Source: Balanoglossus misakiensis
Lineage: Eukaryota > Animalia > Hemichordata
Direction of reading: 5' to 3'
Assembly: GCA_040954595.2 (NCBI GenBank)
Contig: CM082583.2
Location: 8,418,254 to 8,482,253 of the forward strand
DNA: 64,000 bases
The notes beneath the pieces were generated by a model, which worked only from the letters and a program-made list of their open reading frames with translations, was not told the origin of the DNA and ran no database searches. Within the stretch, counting starts at the first letter, position 1. Every line of letters begins with the position of its first letter. The translations under genes and the position numbers were made by a program. Shown here in pieces: positions 1 through 10,762 of this stretch.

Positions 1-2
1 GT

Positions 3-431
3 CAAATTTCATTTGACAGCCTGGTCAAGTATGATGCTCAAGTTTTTCAGTTTGAGAGGAAAAAGTTCCTTCAAATTTTGTGCCACGGTACAAATGTTTC
101 CACCTACATCGCCACAAATGAAAGCGGCCAAATTACTGGCTATATAAACGCGCGACCAGTGCGACTAGAGGGAAACGAATTTGCTGCTGTACCACTAATC
201 GCTGATGACGTCCACACCGCCGAGGTGTTACTGATCACTGTTCTTCATCAACTTCCGAGTCAATCTTTCATACGAACATATACAGTAATGTCACACCAAG
301 CGGCAGTAGAGCTGGCCAAAAAGTATAACATCCAAGAATTAATATTCACAGCGACTTGCCAATACACGAAAGAGCCACTAGCCCTAGATATTAATAAAAT
401 ATTTTCTCTGCCCACTGTAGAAATTATATAA
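3..431 (+). CDS. GNAT/YitH-like acyltransferase paralogue 1, 3' part of last exon (5' truncated by window edge)
   Basis: Open frame QISFDSLVKYDAQVFQFERKKFL...GYINARP...VPLIADD...IFSLPTVEII*; nearly identical to 3052-3480; C-terminal half of the two-domain GNAT (YitH/Acetyltransf_18-like) fold. Confidence 0.8.
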   Translation, partial: QISFDSLVKYDAQVFQFERKKFLQILCHGTNVSTYIATNESGQITGYINARPVRLEGNEFAAVPLIADDVHTAEVLLITVLHQLPSQSFIRTYTVMSHQAAVELAKKYNIQELIFTATCQYTKEPLALDINKIFSLPTVEII

Positions 432-1505
432 GTATTAAATTCTCAGTATGCCAAAACGAGTTGAAATTACAGTATTACCAGTGACTTCATAGCTCTTTTA
501 GCAATATGTTCATGGTAACTAATGGTTGTACTTTCAAACATACGTCAGCATTTACTTCTTTCATGGTTTTGGAAAGAATCTTCACAAACGTTTCGTGTAT
601 TTTCTCCGGTTGAATGTTTTAAATTGTATTGTAGTTGACAGTTTCGTGATTTGCATATTCATGATATTCAACCACGTTGCGCAATCAGCAATATAAATGC
701 AGGGTCACTGCATTTAATTTTATTAAATATTCCAGAGATACTTATGACGCCATACATAGTATAAATGTAATTTTGCAGATTGAATGGACTTTTAAAATGC
801 CTGACACTTTTCCGAAATAACTACTCAGATAATGAATGACAAAATTTTCCCTGGAGTTATGTGAGTATACTGGTCGAGCGTCACAACGACCTAAATACGA
901 CGTCACGTGCCAGATACCACGACGACCTGACTTACAGTAAAAAATAACTTCAAACCGCCACAGCAAATTGTCTTTCTCACTGCTCCCGAGAATCTATAGA
1001 TCGGGGTCAATAAACCCTCTTTTACGCGAATACATGCATAAATGTTGACATTTAACATATTAAATTGTAAGAATAGGCTCTTTTTAAATGATGCCAAGGA
1101 TATCAAACTTGCTGCTGACGGAGACCTACTTTTTATACTGACGTTGTGAATAACACGTATGAGGGTTAAAGGCCAAATTGCTGTGGCGGCCATTGTGTTT
1201 TCTATCACAGGTCTGAGGGACCCTTCCCCGGTTTAGATAAGCTTTAGCAACCACACCGCAGAAAACAGGCGATTTGCTGACAAGGGTCAGCGTATGTAGT
1301 CAACAGTGTGTTGGGCCCAAGAGTGCCTGAAGCTTCCCACGGTATATTGATTGGTGCGGTACGAAACGCGCAATATAAACCTGTTCCACTGTGGTACGTC
1401 AACGTTTCAGCAAACGAAAACGTGACTTGTTGTTTAACGTTTCTGATATCTAAAAATGGCAAGGTAAGTTTTTTCACCCTGGTGTAGAAATGGCACAGGT
1501 CACAT

Positions 1506-1527
1506 CGGGGGGGGGGGGGGGGGGGGG
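1506..1527. repeat. poly-G homopolymer (~22 nt)
   Basis: Directly visible G run. Confidence 0.9.
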
Positions 1528-1601
1528 TCATGAAAATAGGCCATTAACCATTTTCTAGATTCCACGACCCCCTGCGATATTTCTTAGGCCAGGGCATATT
1601 C

Positions 1602-2143
1602 TAGACTGTCGACAGTCCCTCGCGCCTAATGTGTATCGATGCGGCGTTTCGTGCGAGGGCCGTAAGGCCCGTATCTTTTGAGGGCCGAAGGCTCGATTCG
1701 GCGTTTCGTGGTGCGATGGCCGTAAGGCCTCGGGCATGGGCGTGGCCCGAGGGACTGTTATACCTTGTTTCGCCCTCACACGGGCACTGTGGGAAAATGC
1801 CCCTGTAAAATGATTGACAGTTAATATACGTCATGAACTCATAAACGGCAAAGATGTGTTTGTTGCGTCGCCAACGGGCAGTGGGAAGTCTTTGGCGTAT
1901 GAAATCGCACCTTTTCTCTTGGACAGAATTGGCGAATTTACCGAGGAACCGTCATCGATAGTTTTGGTTGTTTCGCCGTTGATTTACGCCCCCATATGCA
2001 AATTTTACTACGTCATTTTCTGCATGCATAATTAATATCAAGGCAAGGCTTACAAGCTATAACAGTCTCTCGGGCCTTACGGCCCTCGCACCACGAAACG
2101 CCGAATCGATACACATTAGGCGCGAGGGACTGTCGACAGTCTA
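1602..2143. mobile_element. Non-autonomous Academ (AcademH-like) DNA transposon, internally deleted
   Basis: TIRs start TAGACTGTCGACAGTCCCTCGCGCCTAATGTGTATCGAT (39 bp perfect, ~90 bp imperfect); 9-bp TSD GGCATATTC at 1593-1601 and 2144-2152; TAG..CTA termini; internal helicase fragment. Confidence 0.85.
1838..1984 (+). pseudogene. RecQ-like superfamily-2 helicase fragment (motifs I and Ia) inside the transposon
   Basis: LINGKDVFVASPTGSGKSLAYE (Walker A) and SIVLVVSPL (motif Ia); no downstream DExH motif. Confidence 0.75.
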
Positions 2144-2385
2144 GGCATATTCTAATTATGACACATGACACAACGCGTGGTCCATTGTGCTCAACGGTAT
2201 AAAAGTTAGTTTTTTTGTTTAACCCTGCAACTATTCCAGTTTCATACAAAGTTTGATTGTATTACTTGGCTACCAACCTGTTGCGATGGTAATTGACAAA
2301 TTCGGTGTTCTATTCATCATCGCTTGTGATATCTCGTGAATGTCCGCGTAACAGTAGTTATTGATGGCTCATCTAAATCTTACAG

Positions 2386-2546
2386 TATTGATGTCAACGT
2401 GCGGATCGCTAGCAAAGAGGACATGGCAAATGTCAAACGACTCGCAGGTGAAGTCAACTGGGACTACACTGTAGAATATCTCGAAGGTTTTCGTCAACTC
2501 GACCCAGAAGGTGTTTTCCTGGCTGAAAAGGGGAATGAGCTTGTTG
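2386..2546 (+). CDS. GNAT/YitH-like acyltransferase paralogue 2, internal exon (start exon not located)
   Basis: ttacag acceptor and G|gtacgt donor; IDVNVRIASKEDMANVKRLAGEVNWD...QLDPEGVFLAEKGNELVG, typical GNAT beta1-alpha1-beta2; phase joins the 2753 exon. Confidence 0.75.
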
Positions 2547-2752
2547 GTACGTTAACTTGCATACGACTTAAAAAACATATGCTAATGCGGTGTAAGAACG
2601 TGGTTTGCCAATTGTGCACAAATATAATTTGTGTGTGGTATGGTGTGTCTATACTCCATTTATTGTTAATTTTGCATATTTACTTATAAATTGAGTAAAT
2701 TATCCCTTTGTGTTTATTGCTCATTATGTTAATGTTTTGTAACATCCAACAG

Positions 2753-3480
2753 GTATGGCTTTTGCGATGAACTTAACAGATGAGCTCACATTTTTCGGAC
2801 TACGTGTAACAAAGGAGAAATATCGAAAGCAAGGAATTCAACACTTACTTATGGCGAGGCAATTCCAACACGCAGGCGACAGAAACGTTGGTCTACACGC
2901 CCTAGGCCAGCACCGAATAGATGTCAACACTAAACTCGGTTTTAAACACATTAGTTTTGAAACATCCTACTACCGTGGCCAAGTAAATCAGTCTGTCTTA
3001 CCCGAGCTTGACAAGATTATGCCAGCTGGCCTCAAAGTATTACCACTCAGTCAAATTTCATTTGATAGTCTGGTCAAGTATGATGCTCAAGTTTTTCAGT
3101 TTGAGAGAAAAAAGTTCCTTCAAATGATATGTCACGGTAAAAATGTTTCCACCTACATCGCCACAAATGAAAGTGGAGAAATTACCGGCTATATAAACGT
3201 GCGACCAGTGACACCAGAGGGAAACGACTTTGCTGCCGTACCACTAATCGCTGATGACGTCCACACCGCCGAGGTGTTATTGATCACTGTTCTTCACCAA
3301 CTTCCGAGTCAATCTTTCATACGAACATATACAGTAATGTCACACCAAGCGGCAGTAGAGCTGGCCAAAAAGTATAACATCCAAGATTTGATATTTTTTG
3401 TGACCTGCCAATGCACAAAAAAACCACTGGCGTTGGAAATCAACAAAATATTTTCACTGCCTACTGTAGAAATCATATAG
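2753..3480 (+). CDS. GNAT/YitH-like acyltransferase paralogue 2, last exon
   Basis: caacag acceptor; FFGLRVTKEKYRKQGI (acetyl-CoA motif A, R/QxxGx), KLGF motif B, then a C-terminal YitH-like domain (VKYDAQVF..R..FL, PLIADD). Confidence 0.85.
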
Positions 3481-5007
3481 GTAGTACATTCTCAATAGGC
3501 CTTAACAAGTTGACACTACAAGTGAAGTTAGATTATTATGTTTAGGCCTACAGCTCACAAATTCCCGACACGATTTGTACAAATTTGCTGCAAGAACAAT
3601 ATCCTTTGAGCTTCATTGACAGTATCTGTAACTATATTTAGAATTAAACTGTCTCAAAATAGTGCCGAGTTCGGTTAATTTATTTGTGAAAATGAGTTGG
3701 CATGGTTACAGTCCTTTGACTTAAAAGTAGAGGCCATTTGACTTGAGACGCGTCAGCGCAATCGTTTTCAAAAAGCTTCAAACAATTATGCAATCTCGTT
3801 GCTGATTGGTTAAAATCACCTGGACTACGTGAACATGGTAATTATCGGCTATCATCCGGGCACTTTCGTAAAAGACGGCCACGCTGCTCAGTGCACGTAG
3901 GCTTCATTTTGGTGCGGAGCGCAGACAACTCAACATCAGAGTTTCTGCAACTCAACATCAGAGTTTCTGCGCTGTTTTTTGCTGTAAAACCCGAGGTAAG
4001 TAAAGTGACAGAAATACACAATTTCTCAGTTATTGACCAGACCTATAGGTTATATTTTGGCGAGTTCAGGGCAACCAATTTACACGTTCGACGAGCACTG
4101 AAAAAGAACACACGTCGCAGTCAAGCAGCTCGAGTCAGTGTTTCACTGCGTTTGAATTCACAAATTCCTTTCTTACGCGTTACGCAACCTGAGGTGCACG
4201 CTTTAGACTGGTCGGTGTAGTAGCTCTTTGCCGGTGGGCAGCCGTTTTTTATAGGTCCAAAACACGATAGTTTCTCTGGGAAGGGAAGGTTCGGTCAATT
4301 GGTAGCGGGTTCGCGTGTGGTCAGTGTGTTTTCGAGTGTAAGTGAATGCAAATTGCGTATTACTCCAGCCCATAAGTGTAAAAAAACCGTGCATAACGTA
4401 AGCAACGCTTCATTTGAACCAGTTTTTATGTGCCCTTGCAGGCTTTCGTAAAAGAAACATTCTAGTAAATTTATCGCGGCTGCCACTTTTACACAATTTC
4501 TAGAAGCCTGTCAGTTTATAATGTCATTTGGAAACGTCTTTTTTGGTTGGTACAGTACAATTTACCAAGTTGTCAAAGTGAGGGGAAAATTCGAGGCAAC
4601 TGGCATGTACAGATTTATATGCATGTACCATCTGTGAATTAACAACAGTTGGTGTGCGGTGACCACGGCAGACATTTTGATTCGTGTTCTTGGATATAAT
4701 AGGCATTCACTTCAACGTACTTCTACTTATTTTGCAGATGCTATGGCCAGATGAACTGATAATAACCGAGCTGAGGCCGCCGTGCAGCTGTAACTGGGAG
4801 AGGCTTGTGTTTGTGTGTTAGCCAAGACCGAGGTCTAAGTGACCAGCTGCCCGTCCCAACTAAACTGCGTGAGGCTGGTCCTTATCCGTTCCACGTGGAT
4901 GCTATGATGTTACAAGCATGAGGCACAAGTAAGCGATATCGACATTATAAAGCCCCGGTATCAACCAAATCTATTTTATATGTGGCCACTTTGGTTGATT
5001 TATCCCG

Positions 5008-5184
5008 ATTCTGGCTGGTGCCGGTTGCCAGTTCAGCGAAATGGTTATGGACATAGAATCTGACTGGTGCCGGTTGCCAGTTCAGTGACATGATTATGGA
5101 CACAGAATTTGACTGATGCCGGTTGCCAGTTCAGTGACATGATTATGGACACATAATTTGACTGGTGCCGGTTGCCAGTTCAGC
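5008..5184. repeat. 49-bp tandem minisatellite, ~3.6 copies
   Basis: CTGGTGCCGGTTGCCAGTTCAG (one copy CTGATG...) recurs at 5015, 5064, 5113, 5162. Confidence 0.9.
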
Positions 5185-5414
5185 TTGAAATTGTTGCGTG
5201 TGTGTTATACGTATGTGTCACGGTAAGTTGTACGGTATATTTGGGCCATGCAACTAGCCTACAATGAGGTGAGCGTTTGTATGATCCATGGCTGAATGAA
5301 GACCAGTGGATTATATGAGGCTTAAAACAAGTAAGTTATATAGACATAAATAAAATCCCCGGGGCGGGTGGGTCCCATCCCTCAGACCGTAGGTTTAATA
5401 TAATTAATACGCGT

Positions 5415-5900
5415 TTTTTTAGAGTTGTTATCTTTCATCATTTTTCAATAAAAAAAATCAAAAACATGCATACACTGATTAAACTGAGTGGTTTATTTCC
5501 GTAACGATCATCTACTCGCGTGCGTATATAGTTAATACTAGTTTTGTTAAGTTTGTAATCTTTCGTCATTTTTCAATAAAAAAAAATCAAAAACATGCAT
5601 ACACTGATTAAACTGAGTGGTTTATTTCCGTAACGATCATCTACTCGCGTGCGTATATAGTTAATACTAGTTTTGTTAAGTTTGTAATCTTTCGTCATTT
5701 TTCAATAAAAAAAAAATCAAAAACATGCATACACTGATTAAACTGAGTGGTTTATTTCCGTAACGATCATCTACTCGCGTGCATATATAGTTAATACTAG
5801 TTTTTTTAAGTTTGTAATCTTTCGTCATTTTTCAATAAAAAAAAACCAAAAACATGCATACAATGATTAAACTGAGTGGTTTATTTGTACCGATCATCTT
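5415..5900. repeat. ~129-bp tandem repeat, ~3.7 copies
   Basis: AAAACATGCATACA(C/A)TGATTAAACTGAGTGGTTTATTT at 5461, 5590, 5720, 5849. Confidence 0.9.
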
Positions 5901-7898
5901 TGCCTGTGCCTATGTCCGTCAGTCTGTTTTTGAGATTTGTAATCTTGCTTTTTCCCTTAATCCGATAAAAGTTTATTCGAAAATATATAAGTACCAAATA
6001 AATCATTCCCATGCTTGAACCTGGGAGTGATTTATTTGGCACCCGTCAACCTCGCGTGTATGTCTCTGTTAGCCCGAGTCTGTCAGTATAGTCAAATAAG
6101 TTGTGTACTTATATTTTCCAGAAGTTTTATTGAGATTTGTTATGTTTTTCAATTACTCCATTGTAATTTTTATTAAATTTTTTCTCTAGGTTTTTGTGAT
6201 CGTACCTTTTGTATTTTATTGAGTGAAATATATGTTATTTAGAAACGTAAATAAAAATTGTATTTCCGTGGATGTTTACCGAGACGGTGCAATGCAATTC
6301 TACGCTATGTTACGCTATTTGTTACACGTTTACCAAACGTCATAACCAAGATGTGAAAACTATGAAAAATTTGCATTTTAGTCACCGTTTTGTATTGTAT
6401 TTAAATACGATTATTATATCAACCTGTATTGCTTTCACTTTGTTGTATGTTAAGTCCACAGAAATTATTGTATATCTTTTGTCTGTGGTCTCCAAACTTT
6501 ATACATGTGTTTATTTGAATTCTTGTATTTTCAATAAAAACTAGATTGAAATGAAAGATTTAACTCGTCTCTGTTTTATTTTTTTCAACCAATACTAAAA
6601 TATTCACTGAAACATGGAGAAATGTCGGCACTTGATTTGAAAACAATCTGTTCTCACTGACTCTAAAAAAGTATCCGATTTGCATCAATTATGAATGAAT
6701 CTGACTGGTGCCTGTACCCAGATCAGCGGACCAAATTTGTACTTACCTCAATGTTGGTGCTATATGAACATATTACATTTCAATGTTTTAAAACGAACCT
6801 TTTTGTTTGCCGACTCTGAATACTTCGAAAGGTGCTCGTTATTGTGTGTCTGTGTGTTTGTGACATGTGTAAGTTGTATGTTCCGGCCATGCTACTGTGA
6901 CTGCCACATGAGGTAAGCGCTTGTGTGTTTCATGGCCGAGTGAAGACCGCTGCCTGCTATGGGGATTTCAAGCAGTATTTAACAGGTAAGTGACAAAATC
7001 TCCATTGGGAAGTGTTTTTTTCTTTATCCAAGTTCACAGAACGTAATGTATATCCTCTTTATGAAAACTATGACTTTGTGTTCATTTGAAAACTGTTTTC
7101 AATAAAAATAGAAGAAACTAAGACTTTACTTGTGTCCGTATCATTTTATTCAACCATTGCTAATACAATTAATGAAAAGTGGTCAACAGTCGGTCCTGGA
7201 TTTGAAAACAATCAGTTGTCTCATTGATTGACCCTCTAGGTTTGCATTTGCAAAGATAGGTCATGTAGGTTAAAGGTCACCTGTAAACGTTGAAAGAAAT
7301 TCTGGTATCGTATTGAAGTACATTTATGAGCCAGGTCTGTTTTCTAAAGTTGCTGAAGCGCTGAACAGTAGGTATAAGTTGCCACAAAATCAGAAGTCTG
7401 ATCCCGTATTGAGCTTAAACTAGATACCTAGTAAAAGTATCCATCTACACTGCAGACGGTATACGTAAGACATGGCCTTACAAAAAAATATTTTCATCGC
7501 TGATGGCGCCATAATATTATTCACCACTTCTGCAACAAGTGTATTCCCTGACATTGAGTCGATCGGCAAACGACAAATCCGAATTGGTCATATTTTTAGA
7601 TAATGAAAAATGGCAACAAACTACCTATACTACTCCCAAAGCAGTATATCGTAACTGGTTATCAATTTGCCCTTTGATGAGAGACTTTTGTGCAAGATTA
7701 TCAGTTCTGCAATTTTATCACCAATGGCATAATATCATGCAAGGGTGTATGTATTCACTACTGGTAAGATAAACTGTAAGAAAGACCGTCATTTATCAAA
7801 AAATCTACTGAATCATTTAGTCAAATGGATCGCCTATTTTTTTAATTAATTAAGTCTGAAAAAGCAGTTATATATACACGTCCTTTTACTTTATCTCG

Positions 7899-8419
7899 TC
7901 AATGGTCGTCCTCAGCAGTTGGGTCTTCTTCGATATGAGAGTATCTTCCTTTCACAGCAATGAACACCAGAAAGGCAACCACTAAACCGACTTGCACCAT
8001 CGTGTACAAGACAAAATACGCCCGGTCGACGATTCTGGATATCTCTCTCCATTCTCTGAGACGGCGCTGTTGCGTTTCGGGGTCTCTGTCGTAGAAATCC
8101 GAGTCTTGCTTCTCTGCGTCGATTTCTCGATGGTCCAACGAATTCCTCAAGTGATCCTTTTCGCTCGTGCCGTTCACGAACGAACCGAGAGGTACGTCGT
8201 CTGCTCGTGAGATCTGCGGTCTCCGTCTCTTGCTCCTTTTCCGGTACTCTCTGATGCGTACGCGCGTACAGGCGAGTCTGGCGAGGCAGTAGAAGGCCAT
8301 TGATTTCAGGTAGCTCGGTGGCTCTGTGCAGACGGGGCCCTTGAAGTGCATGTTAAGTGTCCACGCAGTGGCAAAGGCGGACAAAACTGCCACTCCGATT
8401 GTAATGAAGAAATAACGCT
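7899..8419 (-). CDS. Nicotinic acetylcholine receptor alpha-type subunit (alpha9/10-like), exon 6 (M3, intracellular loop, M4, stop)
   Basis: ttttcag acceptor, phase 1 (PYLQ|RYFF); LNMHFKGP, MX helix, REWREISRIVDR-M4. Confidence 0.92.
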
Positions 8420-8596
8420 CTGAAAAAGGACAACAGTATGACGGTAGTATACACATTCGCAGTGAAAAATGATTCATAGCACCTCAGTAAGCATATCGAC
8501 CAGAAAAAAAGCTAAAAACTTCAATGCAATTTAAACTTAAATTGAAAATGAAAAATAAATTATTTTATCAACTTGGAAAATTTGGGAATTACTTAC

Positions 8597-9129
8597 GGAG
8601 GTATGGAACAACTTCAGCCGTTGGTGGCATGTAGTCGGATATAACGGTCAGGAAAACAAACTGAGACAAGATGCTGATGACGCAGAGGCTGACTCTCTCT
8701 CCCGAATCGGACGGTAGATAAAACCCAACAGAGATTAGGATACAGGCTAGGAAGGACGGCAGGATGATGTTTACAACATAGAACATTGATCTCCTCTGGA
8801 GGTGTATGGTGTAAGTAACATCCGAGAATTTCTCCGGACAGCACACGTACGTCTTTTCGTTTTTGGTCACGGGCATCTCCAGGACCTTCCACTCGCCGTT
8901 CTCGGTGAATCTGTCGATGGTGCTCGTCGGGTCGGTGACGTAGTCTATCAGTTCGATGTGGTAGCTCCAGGAGGCAAATTTGAAATCGCACCGCTGTTCG
9001 TCGAACGGGAACAGCGTGGCGTCGATGGAGCAGGTGGCTTGCAGGACCATCGGTTGCAGCGCTGTCACCGTGCCCTTAAAATCTATGATGGCGTCCGTCT
9101 CGAAGTGGCGTTGGAAGTCGGCCGTTACA
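8597..9129 (-). CDS. nAChR alpha-type subunit, exon 5 (Cys-loop, loops B and C, M1, M2)
   Basis: Cys-loop CSIDATLFPFDEQRC, loop B WSY, vicinal YVCC, RRSMFYVVNIILP, SGERVSL; ag/gt boundaries in phase. Confidence 0.95.
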
Positions 9130-9402
9130 CTGTGTGAGAGAAAAAACACGTTGTAGGTGTATTTTTAAAAAAAGCAACAGTCAGGCAATTTCAAAATGTT
9201 ATCGGTATATCAATTTGATACATTTCACTGTTATTGACGAAGATTTTTTCAATAATTTCCGATCTGAAGATATGTGTCCTTTTCGTGTGTTTTTTTTCTT
9301 TCAAAAATCGGTTTTGATATCTTCATATCATTTCAGGTTCTCCATGTACTGTGAATAAGACATGCCTCTGAATGGTCCCATGGGGAAACGATTGATGCTC
9401 AC

Positions 9403-9512
9403 CTTCCGTAAAGTACTGTGTCCGGCTGCCAAATCTCAGATATCGGTATCTGTAACTGGGCCAGCCCGTTGTAAGTGTCGGGCTCCCACGTTAAATATTC
9501 ATCGGTCCAAAC
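9403..9512 (-). CDS. nAChR alpha-type subunit, exon 4 (110 bp)
   Basis: VWTDEYLTWEPDTYNGL..IWQPDTVLY (loop A); conserved 110-bp exon size. Confidence 0.93.
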
Positions 9513-9819
9513 CTGAAGCAATGAAAGAAAGAAAGTAGGTGCACTCTTTTTATTTGAACATAATGACGTTTTGCAAAATATGAACGACAAATAGCATGCA
9601 TAAAGAACGTTACTAGAACTGACGTTTTCGGCATAATTTAAAATTCGACAGTATTATTCATAAGCTGGATTTATCGTAATTAGATAGTCATTTTTAATTA
9701 TAAAGCGTTAATTGCATTTTAGGAATCAGGGCAAAACAAACCATACACATTCGTCAACTTTTCCAGTTTAGTTTATAGCCACATGCAGCATCTGAGATCC
9801 CACAAGATAGTTAGCATAC

Positions 9820-9864
9820 CTGACCAAGCCAGCTTTTCAGTGTAATTACTTGGTTTTTCTCATC
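9820..9864 (-). CDS. nAChR alpha-type subunit, exon 3 (45 bp)
   Basis: ctacag|DEKNQVITLKSWLGQ|gtatgc; conserved 45-bp exon with loop D Trp. Confidence 0.92.
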
Positions 9865-10762
9865 CTGTAGGGTAGTTTAGAAAAGAAATGAATTAAGATT
9901 TTCTATCAACAAGGACAACACGTAAAAGACCACAAACGATAGATAATCGTATAACAATTGTTTGATTTCTATCCTGCGAATATGTTGATGAACCTTTTGC
10001 AAGACTATGTACATGTATTTGACTTTCGGGTACTCAATAAAGCTACTATACTGACACTCAAATCAGCGTTGTTGTCATTTAATAAACTAAGTACACATGA
10101 TGCAGAGACGTGTTTTTATACAAGGGAAGGTAAGAAAGATGACTTGCCAAACATCATCGTTCAGCACTTGGCATGGTTCAAAACAAATTAAGCTTTCTGT
10201 CTGACTCTGTCTTTGCAAAGAAAACATTTTAAATTTGTAAAGGAATTCATTGAAACTTATGCTGACGCTATTCGGTGGAAACCTTTCCCGATGTCTGTTA
10301 CAAAGACAGCAGACGGTGCGTATCTCCACGAATTACATGCAAATCAATGTGACATTCGTGACAGTTACATGTATGATAGTATCGTGTGTATGGAACATTT
10401 CGGCTGCATACTAGGGTTTTATTACAAACAGGCAATAAGTACGAATGTGTTTATGTACACAGCTGTGACGACAAAAAAACAATAGGGTGGGATTGAAGCA
10501 CCACATGTTATAGCTACTATTTTTACCTCTAAGGTTAACATGCTCTAATACTCCCTAAAATAAATCAGTCAAAAATAAAACAAAAACAACCGCAAGGTAC
10601 ATTTGGGTCAAGGCTATACGCAATTAAACAGAAAAGTCATCTGGGGGAAATATGAATCTGACCTTAAGCTGTGACAATTTTCATCAGCGATAACCCATGA
10701 AAACTGTCGAGAAATGACAAAAACACCAAAACCACAAAGACGGAAAACGGTCGATTATTGAC

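Noticed and set aside
1814-2035. Functional host RecQ/DEAD helicase gene
   Set aside because: Only motifs I and Ia, enclosed by TIRs and a TSD; no further helicase exons found nearby
1205-5395. Inverted GGTCTGAGGGA match at ~1210 and ~5380 as TIRs of a large element enclosing GNAT copy 2
   Set aside because: Match is only ~11-17 bp with a gap and no TSD; more likely two fragments of a common dispersed repeat
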